IMG/VR virus record: IMGVR_UViG_3300011102_000453
Span: 1-43,362 of that record
Reading direction: 5' to 3' (one strand)
DNA length: 43,362 bases
Source of the DNA: a virus
Taxonomy: Duplodnaviria > Caudoviricetes
The notes under the pieces are model-generated. The model searched no databases and was not told the origin of the DNA. It worked only from the letters and a program-made list of their open reading frames with translations. Shown here in pieces: positions 25,671 through 36,800 of this stretch. How positions within the stretch are numbered: position 1 is the first letter of the stretch; each line of letters opens with the position of its first letter. A program made the translations under genes and the position numbers.

Positions 25671-26837
25671 GTGGCGACGACCCTCGACCAGTATATCCAG
25701 CTGGTTCGCAGTCGGCATCCAGCCTTCGAAAAGCGCCTCGTTCCTGATAAGGCGCTTGCCGATTTTGCGACAACCGAACAACGCCGCGTGCTCACGCTGG
25801 CATTGCGCTGGGATCGACAGTTTCTCTCGCACTCCTTGCCGATTGCGGTAGATGTCCCCAATGCGGGATTAAACGCACCCGGCATCGCTGGGGCTGGGAC
25901 TATGGGGGGGGTGCCCGCCATGGACAATGGGCAAGGCGGGTTTACGTATGTCCAACAGACCGTCGGTTCTGGCGTGGAGGTGGATACCGAGACTGTCATC
26001 ACCCTCGTTGATGACACAGTGGTGCAGAGCGCGACCGCGAATAGTCTGACGGCGTTGGGCGTGAGCTGGGCCACGAATACATTCCAAGACGCCACGGTCA
26101 TCATTGTGGCAGGCACTGGCGCGAACCAACCGCCGCGCACGATTGCGAGTAACACGAACGATACGCTGGTGCTCAGCGATGACTGGGCGATCCAGCCGGA
26201 CACGACGAGTGTGTTTCGCGTGGTCCATGCAACGGCCTATGTGGATCGCGCATTTGGAGTCGTCACGAATCTCCCGAGTCTCGCAACGCAACGTGGCTAT
26301 CTCGTGCGTCTCACTGCGCAGGGCGTGCCGTATCTCGACTACACCCGTCCGCTCGCCGTGAGTGTCACGCAGGGCGTTCCCCTCCCGCCCTACCAAAGTG
26401 TACTTGGTGGCACCGTGCGGTATCGCACGGCGTCACCCGACAGCGACTATTGCGCGGAACCGTTGACACTCGTGTCGTTTGCTGATCGATTCCGGCCCGC
26501 ACGGCGACCTGCCGCCTATCTCTTAAACGGCGCCCTGTTCTTGATTGGCGATCGCTGCGACTGGGAGGATGTGCAAGGGATCGAATTGCATTATGTCCCC
26601 ATTCCTCCCGCCTTTACGAGTCGGACTGACTACTTCCTTTTGCCCGATACCGCGGTGCAACTCCTGGTGGCTCGCGGGGCGATGTTTGCAGCGTCGCGCA
26701 TCGCAGGGCTCCCAGGCATTCCTCAAGTGCCGTTCGATGTCCTCGTTGATGAAGCGAGTCGAGCCGAACGGGATTTTCTCTCAACCTTGCAGCTCACTCG
26801 AAACGCGCGGGTGATGCGCGTGCGTGAGGTGTGGTAA
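25671..26837 (+). CDS. Head-tail adaptor-like protein with inserted beta domain
   Basis: Helical N-terminus and IELHY..P......LPD....LLV..A C-terminus; central I..GTGA.Q..RTI.SNT...PD.TS.F module. Confidence 0.6.
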   Translation: MATTLDQYIQLVRSRHPAFEKRLVPDKALADFATTEQRRVLTLALRWDRQFLSHSLPIAVDVPNAGLNAPGIAGAGTMGGVPAMDNGQGGFTYVQQTVGSGVEVDTETVITLVDDTVVQSATANSLTALGVSWATNTFQDATVIIVAGTGANQPPRTIASNTNDTLVLSDDWAIQPDTTSVFRVVHATAYVDRAFGVVTNLPSLATQRGYLVRLTAQGVPYLDYTRPLAVSVTQGVPLPPYQSVLGGTVRYRTASPDSDYCAEPLTLVSFADRFRPARRPAAYLLNGALFLIGDRCDWEDVQGIELHYVPIPPAFTSRTDYFLLPDTAVQLLVARGAMFAASRIAGLPGIPQVPFDVLVDEASRAERDFLSTLQLTRNARVMRVREVW

Positions 26838-28736
26838 ATGGCTGGTGAATTAGCTCCCCTCAAAGATGGCATCCCGGTGGTTGCCGACGATGTGGCCCGC
26901 GAACAACTCTTTCCACTCGCGACGCGTAAGCAAGACCAGCGTGTCCATCGTAAGGATACTGGGAATATCGAGCGATGGAACGGCGCCGAGTGGGAAGTGG
27001 AGATTATCGGCAGCCAGACCCTCACACCTGTGATTGACGCCGCGATACCGGTGGTGGCTGACGACGCGGCACGAGACGCGATGTTCCCACCCGGCACAGT
27101 CCCAACGAATCAGCGGGTGCAGAACTTAGCCGCGTTTGCCTATCAGCGATTTGCTGGGGGGCAATGGGTCAATGAGGTTCTCACGACGCTGAGGCCTGCA
27201 ATTGACGTGCGCGGCGATACAGACGTGATTCTGGCCGTCGATGATGCTCCGATTCAGTACTTCGGCACGCTGTTGACCACGGGCCGTACGGTCACGTTGC
27301 CGCCCAATCCACCGATTGGCCTCGCCTTTACCATCATTTGCGATGCCCCGGGGACATCCAGTCTCAATGTGGGTGGCGTGTTCACCATCACGGTGCCTGC
27401 CACCTTAACGATTTCCTACAGCAGCGTTGGATGGATCGTTGTGAGCTATACTGAACGGCCCGCCATTACGATCGATCCACCCGTCGGGTTCCTCTACGAT
27501 CCAGGATTAGGGATTACGTTCTTTAACGGGGTCTACACGACCACGTTCGATGCCGCCGACTATAAAGTGGTCGGTCCTGTCGAGTATTGGGTTGACCCTG
27601 TCAACGGCAACAATAACAATCCAGGAACGCAGGTCTCTCCGTTCCGTACGATTAGTGCGGCCCTCGCTGCCGGGGACTGCGATGTCATGCATTTGATAGC
27701 GGGGGTTTACCCGCGTCAAGTTGCCGGCAGCGGCACGAATGCGCTCACCCTCGGCAGTCGATCGATGTCGATCATTGCGGAAGGCGGTGTCGCGCAGATT
27801 TGCTCACACGATGTCCTGTCGTGGACCCAAGTCGGCGTCACGTCGGCGTATCAGGCGACACGATCCGGGGTGATCGCCGTCTGGGATTCTTCTATCGTCG
27901 ACGCCAATGGAGACTACCAAGAACTGACCCTCGTCGGGAGTGCGGCGCTGGTCGAGTCGACCCCAGGATCATGGTTTACGGACGGGACCACGGTCTACGT
28001 GCACACCAGCGACTCCCGTCCCGCTGATGACAATATTCGGTGCTATCTGTCGGTGAATGTGTGCACTATCACGCCCAGTACGGGTCCGATTACGATCTAC
28101 ATGGAAGGATTGCAGTTTGAAGGGCGTGGGGTGCAAATGCAAAACGGAGGGATCGGCAAGGAACTGACCGCCTATGTGAAGAACTGCACCTCAAAATACA
28201 CGATTCGTCGCTTAGGAGGCCAAGATCGGGACGGCTGGCAATTCCGCGGCGTGAATGTCTACCTGCAGGCGTGTGAGGCCGCTCGCACGGGGCTTGACGG
28301 ATTTAACTATCACGCCGCCAATGGGATTCTCTGCCGAGCGTCAGAGATCGCCTGTCTCTCACGTGATACAGGATTGCCGGGCACCACAACCAATCAACCC
28401 ACCACCGCCCACGATGGCTGTCTGATCGTTCGGCTGAATGGTACGTATACCCGCGGACATGGCCCAGGCATCTGCGATGTCAATCCGGGAACACAGAGTT
28501 GGAATATCAACTGTGTATCGGACGCGAATCTGTCCGCGTTGTCCGGTCCCACGAATGCCAATTTCTACATTGAAGATGGCGATATGTGGAATGACGGATG
28601 TGAGTCCGGCGGTGGTGCCATCTATGACCTGTCGGTGAATAAAGCGTCAGGAACCACGCCGAGGATGTTCATTCGTCAATATCGCGGTGGGACATCGTTC
28701 TTTGTCGCATCAGGCGGGATCCTCGAAGGCTATTGA
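26838..28736 (+). CDS. Tailspike / receptor-binding protein with right-handed beta-helix
   Basis: Duplicated N-terminal IPVVADD.AR..FP repeat; YWVDPVNGNNNNPGT..SPFRTI..AL; DGFNYH and TAHDG repeats. Confidence 0.75.
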   Translation: MAGELAPLKDGIPVVADDVAREQLFPLATRKQDQRVHRKDTGNIERWNGAEWEVEIIGSQTLTPVIDAAIPVVADDAARDAMFPPGTVPTNQRVQNLAAFAYQRFAGGQWVNEVLTTLRPAIDVRGDTDVILAVDDAPIQYFGTLLTTGRTVTLPPNPPIGLAFTIICDAPGTSSLNVGGVFTITVPATLTISYSSVGWIVVSYTERPAITIDPPVGFLYDPGLGITFFNGVYTTTFDAADYKVVGPVEYWVDPVNGNNNNPGTQVSPFRTISAALAAGDCDVMHLIAGVYPRQVAGSGTNALTLGSRSMSIIAEGGVAQICSHDVLSWTQVGVTSAYQATRSGVIAVWDSSIVDANGDYQELTLVGSAALVESTPGSWFTDGTTVYVHTSDSRPADDNIRCYLSVNVCTITPSTGPITIYMEGLQFEGRGVQMQNGGIGKELTAYVKNCTSKYTIRRLGGQDRDGWQFRGVNVYLQACEAARTGLDGFNYHAANGILCRASEIACLSRDTGLPGTTTNQPTTAHDGCLIVRLNGTYTRGHGPGICDVNPGTQSWNINCVSDANLSALSGPTNANFYIEDGDMWNDGCESGGGAIYDLSVNKASGTTPRMFIRQYRGGTSFFVASGGILEGY

Positions 28737-28806
28737 CGCGCATGGCCATTCGTCAGCCACTTGGCACCGCCCCCGGCGTATTGTCATACCAGATCATCAA
28801 ACCCTA

Positions 28807-29478
28807 ATGGCGACCACAGTCCAAGACATTATCGATCGCGCGGTCGGGTTGTCCGTAGCGAACCAGGGTCTGGCGACAAACCCGCCAGACCTGATTTACC
28901 GCATCAATCAATATCAACGTCGCGCATTCACCGAATTCATCGACGTGAATCGGTATGCCTATCAAACGAGTGCATCCGTCGTTAGTTCAGCGGGCAACGG
29001 GAATCGTGTTGCGAATCTCGCGACGCTGACGAGCAAGGTGGAGCGCGTCCTGAAGGTAACATTACCGTCAGGGATTGAAGTGAGTCAGGTTGATCTCCAA
29101 GATGTGAACGCGGAACTCGCCCCACGCTATTACGCACGCGGTGAAACGTTGGTCGAGGTTGGCACCGATTGGAATCCTGCGGCGGCGACCGCCGTTGATC
29201 TCACCATTGACTATTGCTCGCGCCCAAACGATCTCGACCCGAATGGGACCACGAACCAACTGGTATCCATCCCCGATGGGTTCTGTGACATCCTTGTCTA
29301 TGAACTCGGTGCATATTTCGCGAGCTCCGATGTAGGACGCGATCCGAATGAAGCCGCTTCGTTGCTGGGACAACGGAACGACGCCATGGATTCCTGGATC
29401 GCCTACGGTGGACACTTCGCCGGAGTCCCGGCTTACCGGCTCGACATCCCGAGCCCCAGCCCGAGAGATAAAGCGTAG
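28807..29478 (+). CDS. Head-tail adaptor / tail tubular A-like protein
   Basis: MATTVQDIIDRA...IN..QR; LTIDY..RP......IPD.F..ILVY. Confidence 0.65.
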   Translation: MATTVQDIIDRAVGLSVANQGLATNPPDLIYRINQYQRRAFTEFIDVNRYAYQTSASVVSSAGNGNRVANLATLTSKVERVLKVTLPSGIEVSQVDLQDVNAELAPRYYARGETLVEVGTDWNPAAATAVDLTIDYCSRPNDLDPNGTTNQLVSIPDGFCDILVYELGAYFASSDVGRDPNEAASLLGQRNDAMDSWIAYGGHFAGVPAYRLDIPSPSPRDKA

Positions 29479-31262
29479 TGCCACTGCAAACGATCTCGCT
29501 CGGGCCTTTCGTTCGCGGTGTCGTTGATACGCGGAACCGATCATTGGATCCCCAGCAAACGCTGCGTATTGGGCGCAACCTGATGTATGTCGGCCTGAAT
29601 GCCTTAGGGATTCGCCCAGGCACGCGAACCCAACTCACGCTGGTCGACGATCAGATGGATCCTGAACCGGTCACCAGCGTGGTCGCCATTCGGCAATTCG
29701 CAGACGGCGCGTTAGCGATTGCGCACTCCACCGCGACCAAGAAATGCTATCTCTACCGCCTCAACGCCACGATGGACGGGTGGTATGATGGGTCTGGGGT
29801 GCTCACCGCGCCAACGGATACCGCAGAGCCGATCGGAGTCTTATGGACGGATATGACGAGCCCGCCCGACGTGCAGATCGATGAAGGGTTAGGCATCGCA
29901 TATATCGCGAATACAGGCGCGATCGATAAAGATGGTCTGTATTGGGCCACGAAAACGTACGAAGATTTTGGCGTCATCGACGATCTCCTCGTCAACGGCA
30001 CCGGCGGCACCGTTGGCAGTGATGTGGCGTATGCGAACGGCGTGGTGTCCTACAACCAGCATCTTTGGATCTTTGGCTATGGCGCAGGCAGCACGCCAGG
30101 CTTTACCTCCTATCGCCCTGAACTCGCGCGGTTTAGTCGTCCCAACTTTGGCCCCTTTCAAGTAGCAGACTCCATCACGTTGGGCGATAGCGTGCGATCG
30201 CTGCGTGAGCGGATCATTGCGGGGGCGGTCGCGGATGACGCCCTGTATCTCGGGGGATCTAGCATGATCACGCGGATTACCGGGAGTGGGCGTGATAGTT
30301 GGTACCGGCAAATCCTTGATCGATCCTACGGGTTTGTGGGTCCGAAATGTTTTGTGACCGTCGGTCGCGCTCTCTACTATTGGAGCCCGCGCGGCCCGAT
30401 GCGCATCGTCAATGGGACGCCAGATCCGTTGTGGGATGGGGTTCCCGAAACCGTCTCGAAGGTTGCCAATGTGGCGAAGGTGACCGCGGCCTTTGATGTC
30501 GAACGCGATCAAGTCCTATTCTTCTTTGATGCCGGCACTGGGGTTCGCACCTTCTGTGCCTTCGATACGCAACGGGACGTATGGCTCGGCCCCGATAACG
30601 ACATCGGCCTCACCATCGCATGTGCGGGAGTCGTATCGCCGGTCTATCAAAGCACGATCGAAGCGCCGATCGGCCCAGCGGGGCCACCCGCGATTGTCTC
30701 CACCACGAATGTCGGGAACTCTACCGCGATTGCGACATGGACGAACGGGGATCCGCTCGCGCAAACCGAAGTCAGCTATCGCGTGCAAGGCACGACGACG
30801 TACACGACCGTCCCACTCGTGGCCGCAGGCAGTACGCAATACACATTCTCTGGACTCGCATTTAACACGCCGTATGAATGGCGTGTGCGGCATGTGCGGA
30901 ACGGCCAGTTCTCGACCTATGATGGACCCGAAGCCGCGAGCCAGTTTACCACCACGAACGTCACGCTGTTGCCACCGTCCGGCTTTAGTGCGGGACAGAT
31001 CAATCCCCCGAATCGGACCTGTCAGGCGAATTGGGTAAACTCCGGAGAAGAAGGGGTGTCCACGGAAGTGTGGGTGCGTCAAGTCTCACCAACCAGCGGG
31101 TCATTTTATCGCGCCGCGACGGTCGGTCCTGGCATCTCGAGCGCCACATTCGTCGTCGCCTCCTATGGGACATGGCAAGGGCATGTCCGTCATACCAAAC
31201 CCGGTGCTACGGCGTCGGCCTACAGCAGCACGAGCAACTTCCCCGTGTCGGATAAGGCCTAA
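29478..31262 (+). CDS. Tail nozzle / stabilisation protein (beta-propeller) with C-terminal FN3 domains
   Basis: F.RGV...N......L.IRPG start; YGFVGP..F...GRALYYWS.RG; W...Y.FSGL..NTPYEWRVR FN3 signature. Confidence 0.7.
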   Translation: MPLQTISLGPFVRGVVDTRNRSLDPQQTLRIGRNLMYVGLNALGIRPGTRTQLTLVDDQMDPEPVTSVVAIRQFADGALAIAHSTATKKCYLYRLNATMDGWYDGSGVLTAPTDTAEPIGVLWTDMTSPPDVQIDEGLGIAYIANTGAIDKDGLYWATKTYEDFGVIDDLLVNGTGGTVGSDVAYANGVVSYNQHLWIFGYGAGSTPGFTSYRPELARFSRPNFGPFQVADSITLGDSVRSLRERIIAGAVADDALYLGGSSMITRITGSGRDSWYRQILDRSYGFVGPKCFVTVGRALYYWSPRGPMRIVNGTPDPLWDGVPETVSKVANVAKVTAAFDVERDQVLFFFDAGTGVRTFCAFDTQRDVWLGPDNDIGLTIACAGVVSPVYQSTIEAPIGPAGPPAIVSTTNVGNSTAIATWTNGDPLAQTEVSYRVQGTTTYTTVPLVAAGSTQYTFSGLAFNTPYEWRVRHVRNGQFSTYDGPEAASQFTTTNVTLLPPSGFSAGQINPPNRTCQANWVNSGEEGVSTEVWVRQVSPTSGSFYRAATVGPGISSATFVVASYGTWQGHVRHTKPGATASAYSSTSNFPVSDKA

Positions 31263-31651
31263 TGCTACTCTATCTTGGTGAAGCCGACGGAGCCCGCATT
31301 CTCCGCTACGGGGTCGGAATCGCGCAAGTGGGAGACGACTATCAGTTGGAGGCGGAGACATGGGAATTGATTCCCGCAGGCGAAATGGGCGACTGCGTGT
31401 TTCGCTCCGTCGGCGTGTCCTTCGAGTATACCAACGGCTATCACATTGGCATTACCCCAATCGTTGACGGCGTCGAACTCCCCGAATCAACGTTTACCGG
31501 CTCAGGATCTGGCATCGATGGCCAAGCACAAGCCTTTGTCCGACACCGCGGGACACAATTGGCGGTGCGCGTGCGCACACTCAGTCGCACCGGTGATCTT
31601 CGGCTCATGAATATTCAAGTGAGTTACTCCCCGCTGCGCCAATGGCCTTAG
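31262..31651 (+). CDS. Tail protein resembling a nozzle C-terminal domain
   Basis: LYLG..DG...; beta-sandwich ending RGTQLAVRV...LRL.NI.VSY. Confidence 0.55.
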   Translation: MLLYLGEADGARILRYGVGIAQVGDDYQLEAETWELIPAGEMGDCVFRSVGVSFEYTNGYHIGITPIVDGVELPESTFTGSGSGIDGQAQAFVRHRGTQLAVRVRTLSRTGDLRLMNIQVSYSPLRQWP

Positions 31652-31905
31652 GACTTCCGCAACATCCCGAAACGGACAATGTCCGTTCCCTCAGTTATTG
31701 GAAATCAGAACGTATGACAGGGATCACGGGAGACACGCTCACCTGTGATCACGTGATTGACCCGGAAGCGCATCTGTTGTTTAAAAACGGGTCACTCGTC
31801 GATCCCTCCACCTACACCATCGACGGACAAACGATTACGGGGTTGAGCCCGGCATCCTCGTCCGGTGATGTGTGGATTCTTCATTACCATTTCCGTCCGC
31901 TCTAG
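31642..31905 (+). CDS. Small tail-associated protein
   Basis: LFKNG.LV....YTIDG..IT......GDV..L.Y repeat unit seen in virion proteins. Confidence 0.6.
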   Translation: MALGLPQHPETDNVRSLSYWKSERMTGITGDTLTCDHVIDPEAHLLFKNGSLVDPSTYTIDGQTITGLSPASSSGDVWILHYHFRPL

Positions 31906-31917
31906 GCAGGAAGGTGT

Positions 31918-32457
31918 ATGTCTTCGTTCACCAATGCAATCGGTCTCGACAAACGGCGTGAGAAAAAAGCGGAAGCGCAATGGGGTGGTGGCCCGGGCGC
32001 GAACCAGCGCTTACGGAACGCCACGATGGCGTACGGCGATTACGCCACGCTTGACCGCAATCGGTTCGTCGATCTTCTAAATCGAGGTCAGGACGCACTC
32101 AACACGAGCGCGCGTGCAGCCGTCGATGCCGCACTCCCCGGCTTTCAACGCGAAATACAATCGATCCGAGAGGATGCGATTCGACGCGGGGTGTCAACGG
32201 GAGACCTCGGAACCAGCTACGAAGGGGACGCCGCCTCCGCGTTTCAACGGAATGTCTCAAATGCGATCGCAGGGCAAGCCATGAACCTGTACGGCTCTCG
32301 ACTTAGGGCAGCTGGACATCTTGCGAGTGAAACTGGACAAACCTATCTCGACCTCCTAAACGGTCGTATGGGCATCGAACAGGCGGCGAAAAACCAACGC
32401 CGTGGGGATCTGGAATCCTTCTTTACCGGGGTCATGTCCCTCTTTGGAGGATTGTAA
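31918..32457 (+). CDS. Putative internal virion (ejection) protein 1
   Basis: Ala/Gln-rich helical protein, RRG..G.LG motif, hydrophobic Gly-rich end; position. Confidence 0.6.
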   Translation: MSSFTNAIGLDKRREKKAEAQWGGGPGANQRLRNATMAYGDYATLDRNRFVDLLNRGQDALNTSARAAVDAALPGFQREIQSIREDAIRRGVSTGDLGTSYEGDAASAFQRNVSNAIAGQAMNLYGSRLRAAGHLASETGQTYLDLLNGRMGIEQAAKNQRRGDLESFFTGVMSLFGGL

Positions 32458-33846
32458 ATGAGCCGGTTTAGTCCTCGTGTATTGCCTACGTCCGATAACG
32501 CATTCGCCGATGGGATCCGCGCGTTCCTCGATGCACGCGAACAAAAGAAAGCGCGAAAAGATCGAGAAGAATTGATGCGACGTGACGCGGACGATCGCGC
32601 ATGGCGACGCGAACGCGACGAATTGGAGTTAGCGCTCCAAGGCATCCACCGTGGCACCAAACCGATCGATGAAACGTCCGTGATGTGGGGCGCCTCAATC
32701 CCCTTCTCTGGCGGAACTCCACGTACCTCCACAAGTGACGTTGACGCGTTTGCTGACGGACTCCGAGGCGCGGTGCAGCGACGGTATCAGTCACCTCCAT
32801 CCACGGGAGATGCCGCCGCGTTTGCGAATACCCTTCGCCAATACATCGATGGCGGCGCGCTCCGTTCGCGATCGTTAGGGCCAACGCCGGGCTTTAATCC
32901 GTCGGCATCCAGTCCAGCGCGCCCAACCGGGTCTTTTGATCCAGTGAGTGGGACGTTTACTCCGGGACACCCCAATTTGATGCAATCACCACGGTATCGG
33001 CAGCTCACCTCATCGCATTACATCGATACGGAGCAAACCCCGGCCGCTATCACCGCACGGAACCAAGCGGCGCAACGCAATCGGCAGCGACAGGCCTATT
33101 TGAATGCGGGCATCCCAGCGCAGGCCGTGGATGCCGTCCTCGAGAATCCAAGTTTGGCTGACAATTATCTCTTCCCCAAACAAGAGACATCCCGCACGCG
33201 ATTTAGTGCCCCCATTATCGGGCCCAATGGGGAGGTGGCGGTCTTTAACACCGAAGACCCGACACAGGTGGTGCGAGTGCCAGGGGTGAGAAGTCGCCTC
33301 CCTTCGGAATCGAGAGAGGGGTCGGAGACAATCGAAGCCGCGCGACGTGAATCCTATTTCAACCAGGTCGCTCGGAATGCAATCCTTGCGGCGAATGGTG
33401 ATCCACGTTTTGATGCGGCAAAGAAGCTCGGCCCCGAAGACGATCTACTGCTGACAAAGATAGCAGCACAAATTATCGTGGAGAATCCGAGCACTCGGAA
33501 CATCTTCACACAGGGGATGGGGTCAAGGCATTTGCTGGCTGCGGCACAATGGCTCAAAGACAACCAGTCCAAGGAGGCGCGACAAAACAGCGGCGGCGCT
33601 TCTGGGGCAGCCATCACCGGAGATCCAGAGCTCGATGCTGTCCTTCGCGGGGTGGGCGTAGGAACAGCTTCTCCGGCCGCGCCAGCCTCTCAGGCCACCC
33701 AGCAACCCGCCCCTCCATCTGGCGGCATCGATCTTAGTGACGACCGAGACGAGCAGCGTCAAGCATGGGATGAGGCGGCTGCGGCCTTGAAATCCCGGGG
33801 AATCCCTGCAGCACAGATTGTACAAACTTTGGGCAACCGACCTTAG
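32458..33846 (+). CDS. Putative internal virion (ejection) protein 2
   Basis: Low-complexity helical protein with AFA.G.R repeats; position before the large ejection protein. Confidence 0.6.
   Translation: MSRFSPRVLPTSDNAFADGIRAFLDAREQKKARKDREELMRRDADDRAWRRERDELELALQGIHRGTKPIDETSVMWGASIPFSGGTPRTSTSDVDAFADGLRGAVQRRYQSPPSTGDAAAFANTLRQYIDGGALRSRSLGPTPGFNPSASSPARPTGSFDPVSGTFTPGHPNLMQSPRYRQLTSSHYIDTEQTPAAITARNQAAQRNRQRQAYLNAGIPAQAVDAVLENPSLADNYLFPKQETSRTRFSAPIIGPNGEVAVFNTEDPTQVVRVPGVRSRLPSESREGSETIEAARRESYFNQVARNAILAANGDPRFDAAKKLGPEDDLLLTKIAAQIIVENPSTRNIFTQGMGSRHLLAAAQWLKDNQSKEARQNSGGASGAAITGDPELDAVLRGVGVGTASPAAPASQATQQPAPPSGGIDLSDDRDEQRQAWDEAAAALKSRGIPAAQIVQTLGNRP
33409..33456. repeat. 48-bp dispersed direct repeat C, copy 1
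   Basis: Matches 35794-35841 at 46 of 48 positions (two A vs G differences). Confidence 0.95.
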
Positions 33847-33852
33847 CCTCCA

Positions 33853-36800
33853 ATGACTGCCCCCATTCAACCTGCCGACGACCCAGTCGCTCGATACCTC
33901 CAGAAGTATGGGAAGACGTCGCAGCCACACGATCCCGTAGAGCGGTATCTCGCGAGGTACGGGAAGCCCAACACAGATGCTCGTACCGGCGTCGAAAACT
34001 TTGGACGTGGCGTCGCGCGTGGTCTCTCAAAGACTGGGACGTCTACCGCGAAAGGAGTTGGTTGGGTCGCGGGCTTAGTCTCGGATGACGTTGGTGGTCG
34101 GATTACCAATTGGGCGAACGAACAAGAACGTCTTGCTGATGAATTCTACGATCCACAAGGGACCGTCGGGAAGGCCGGTGAGATCGTTGGCAGGGTCATT
34201 GGCGAGGGCGCAACGACCCTCGCGGGCGGTGGGCTCATCGGCAAGGCCATACAGAAGCTCGCCCCGGCCTCGAAGGTGGCTCGTGCGATCACGGCAGGGT
34301 CGAAAGGAAATTTTGCACAACGCTTGACAGCCCAAACCGCCCCATTCGTTCCCGCAGATTTCGTGCTTGGTGCAGGGGCTGCGGAAGATGGAGAAAGCCG
34401 CACTGGTGCGGGTGTGACGAATGTCCTGCTTGGCGCGGCTGGCGCCGGCCTCATCGAAGGGGCCGCTTCCGGCTATCGTGCTGCCAAGGGAGCACTCAAA
34501 GGTCGCGGCGGTGATGTTGCCAAGTCGGTCGAAGTGCCCGTCGTCGCACGTGAACCAAAACTACTGCCGGAACGCGCCGGATCTTATGCAGGCGATGCGC
34601 AGCTTGGGCCCGCTATCCCAATGCGCGGCCGCGAGATCGCTGCACCGCCATCGACCAAACGGCTTGGTCCCAAGGTGCCACCGCAGCTGATCGAAGCGGA
34701 AACAAACGCCCAGATGGACGCGATTGAGCGGGCGTTGCCCATGACCCGCGCACAACGCCGTCCACTCCGGAAGCAGATTCGGGCCGACGTGAAGAACCGG
34801 TACGGCTTCGCTGACCCTGCCGTACTCGGACAGGTGGCTGGTGCAGGTGGTGGCGCGCTCATTGGCGCTGCCGTGGACGACGAGAACCCGGGCCGCGGCG
34901 CTCTCATCGGCTTCACCCTCGGCGCCGGGTCCGCACGGATGGCCTCAAAGCAGATCGCCAAGGGCCTGGCACGAGAAGCTCGCGCCTCTGGCCTCTCCGA
35001 TGAACTGGCTGGCGCCTACGAACGCGCTGCGTCCAACATTGACTTCACGGGCGAGATCGCCAAAGCGGCCGATCGTAGCGGTACTGATCGCTCCCTCCGT
35101 GGGATGATCTCACGATTCGCGGATCAGATCGGCAATGGGTACCTCCCGATTGAACGGATCGGAGAGCGAGTGGATTCAAAACTTCGCCCATCCCAGAATC
35201 CGCGAGACCTCATGTCGCTCTTTAAGTCGAGCGACGAAACCGTCAAGCAATTCCTCGACAACGGCGTGATCGATCCGGTCACGCGCGACGTCGTAGGACC
35301 GTCCTATAAATCGCTCTTTGAGCCCTTTGGGCAGAACGATGCACGGATCGCACAGGCCCTAACCTACATCAAAGCCGAACGCGATCTTGGTCGCGGGCTT
35401 TCTGGCGTGGGGGGTGACGCGCAGGCACTTGCCGATGCCCACACGATTGTCACGCACGGACGGAATGATCCCGTGTTGCAGCAGTTCCGCCAGCAGTGGG
35501 AGTCGTATGTTGACGGGATTGGGAACTACGCTGTCAAGTCGGGCCTGTGGACGCCACAGCTCTGGGAGCGGATCAAGAATTCTGATGCGCTGTATGTCCC
35601 ATTCAAACGAATTATGGAGTCCGGCGTCTCTGATGTGCGTCGCGGCGCTGGTCGCGGCCTCGTCAATGTCACACCAGGGGTTAAAAAATTCGTTGGATCC
35701 CGCCGTGCGATCGCCAATCCAGCGGAGGCGATGGCTGAATACACAGCGTTGATTATCCGACGGGCAGATCGCTATCGCGTTGGGGCATCGCTATTTGATG
35801 CGGCAAAGGAGCTCGGCCCCGAAGGCGATCTACTGCTGACACGGATTGACCCCTCCGACATCCCGGCGTCTATGCGTGGATCGCGCGCGATGCAGGCTAT
35901 TGAGAATGCCAAGTCGCTCGGATTGAACGATGATGCCGCATCTGAACTCGCGGAAACGTTTGCGATTCATCACGACCCCAAGAATCCCGTCATCTGGCGG
36001 AACCTCCCAGATGGGTCGAGGGAATACGCCATGGTGAATTCCCCTTCGCTGTGGAATGCCCTATCGATGATGCACGAGCGTGACCCTGGCGCAGTGCGGC
36101 AATTACTAGATGTCACCATTCGTCCACTGAAACGGGTCTTTACCGCAGCAACAACCGGTCTCAACCCTCGGTTCGCCCTCGCAACAAACCCCATTCGTGA
36201 TGTTGTGGACGCATCAGCCAAGAGTCAGGCGGGATTGACTCCGAAAGATATTGCTCGCGGATACTACGAGGGGATCCTTGATGCGTTTGGGAAGTCGGAC
36301 CTCGCCGATGAGGCCGCACGGTTCGGGATGGGGCACGTCTCGATGTTCGATCAGGCGATTGCACCAAAGGCGGTTGCCCGTCGGATCGCGCCCACCTTTC
36401 CACGCGCGAAGGCTCGCTCGCGGATCGAGCGCACCGTGAGTGCGCCAGTCCGGGCGTTAGAAGCGGCGGGCAGCGCAAGCGATCTCGGACCACGACTCGG
36501 TGAATATTTGGCGACGCTCCGGAAGTACCAGCATAAAGTCGATGCGGGCGAATGGACCCCAGCCGATCTCCGCATGCGCGCAAGCACGTTGGGCCGGGGC
36601 GTCACGCTCGATTTTGCCAACAAGCCGGGCAATGCGGTGTTGCGCTTCTTTGGAGATTACGTTCCGTTCTTCAACGTTGCTCTTCAAGCCCCGGTCGCAA
36701 TGGGGCGTGCTGCGGCCAGAAACCCCAGGCGCGTAGCTGGTGCGGCGTCGACCGTTGCAACGGCAACCGCTCTCGCGTGGGCACTCAAGCAGCAACTTCC

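Noticed and set aside
33409-35841. Diversity-generating retroelement (repeat pairs with mismatches at A)
   Set aside because: No reverse transcriptase in a closed genome. The repeats are only about 48 bp, have 1-2 mismatches and are mid-gene rather than in a C-terminal variable region.
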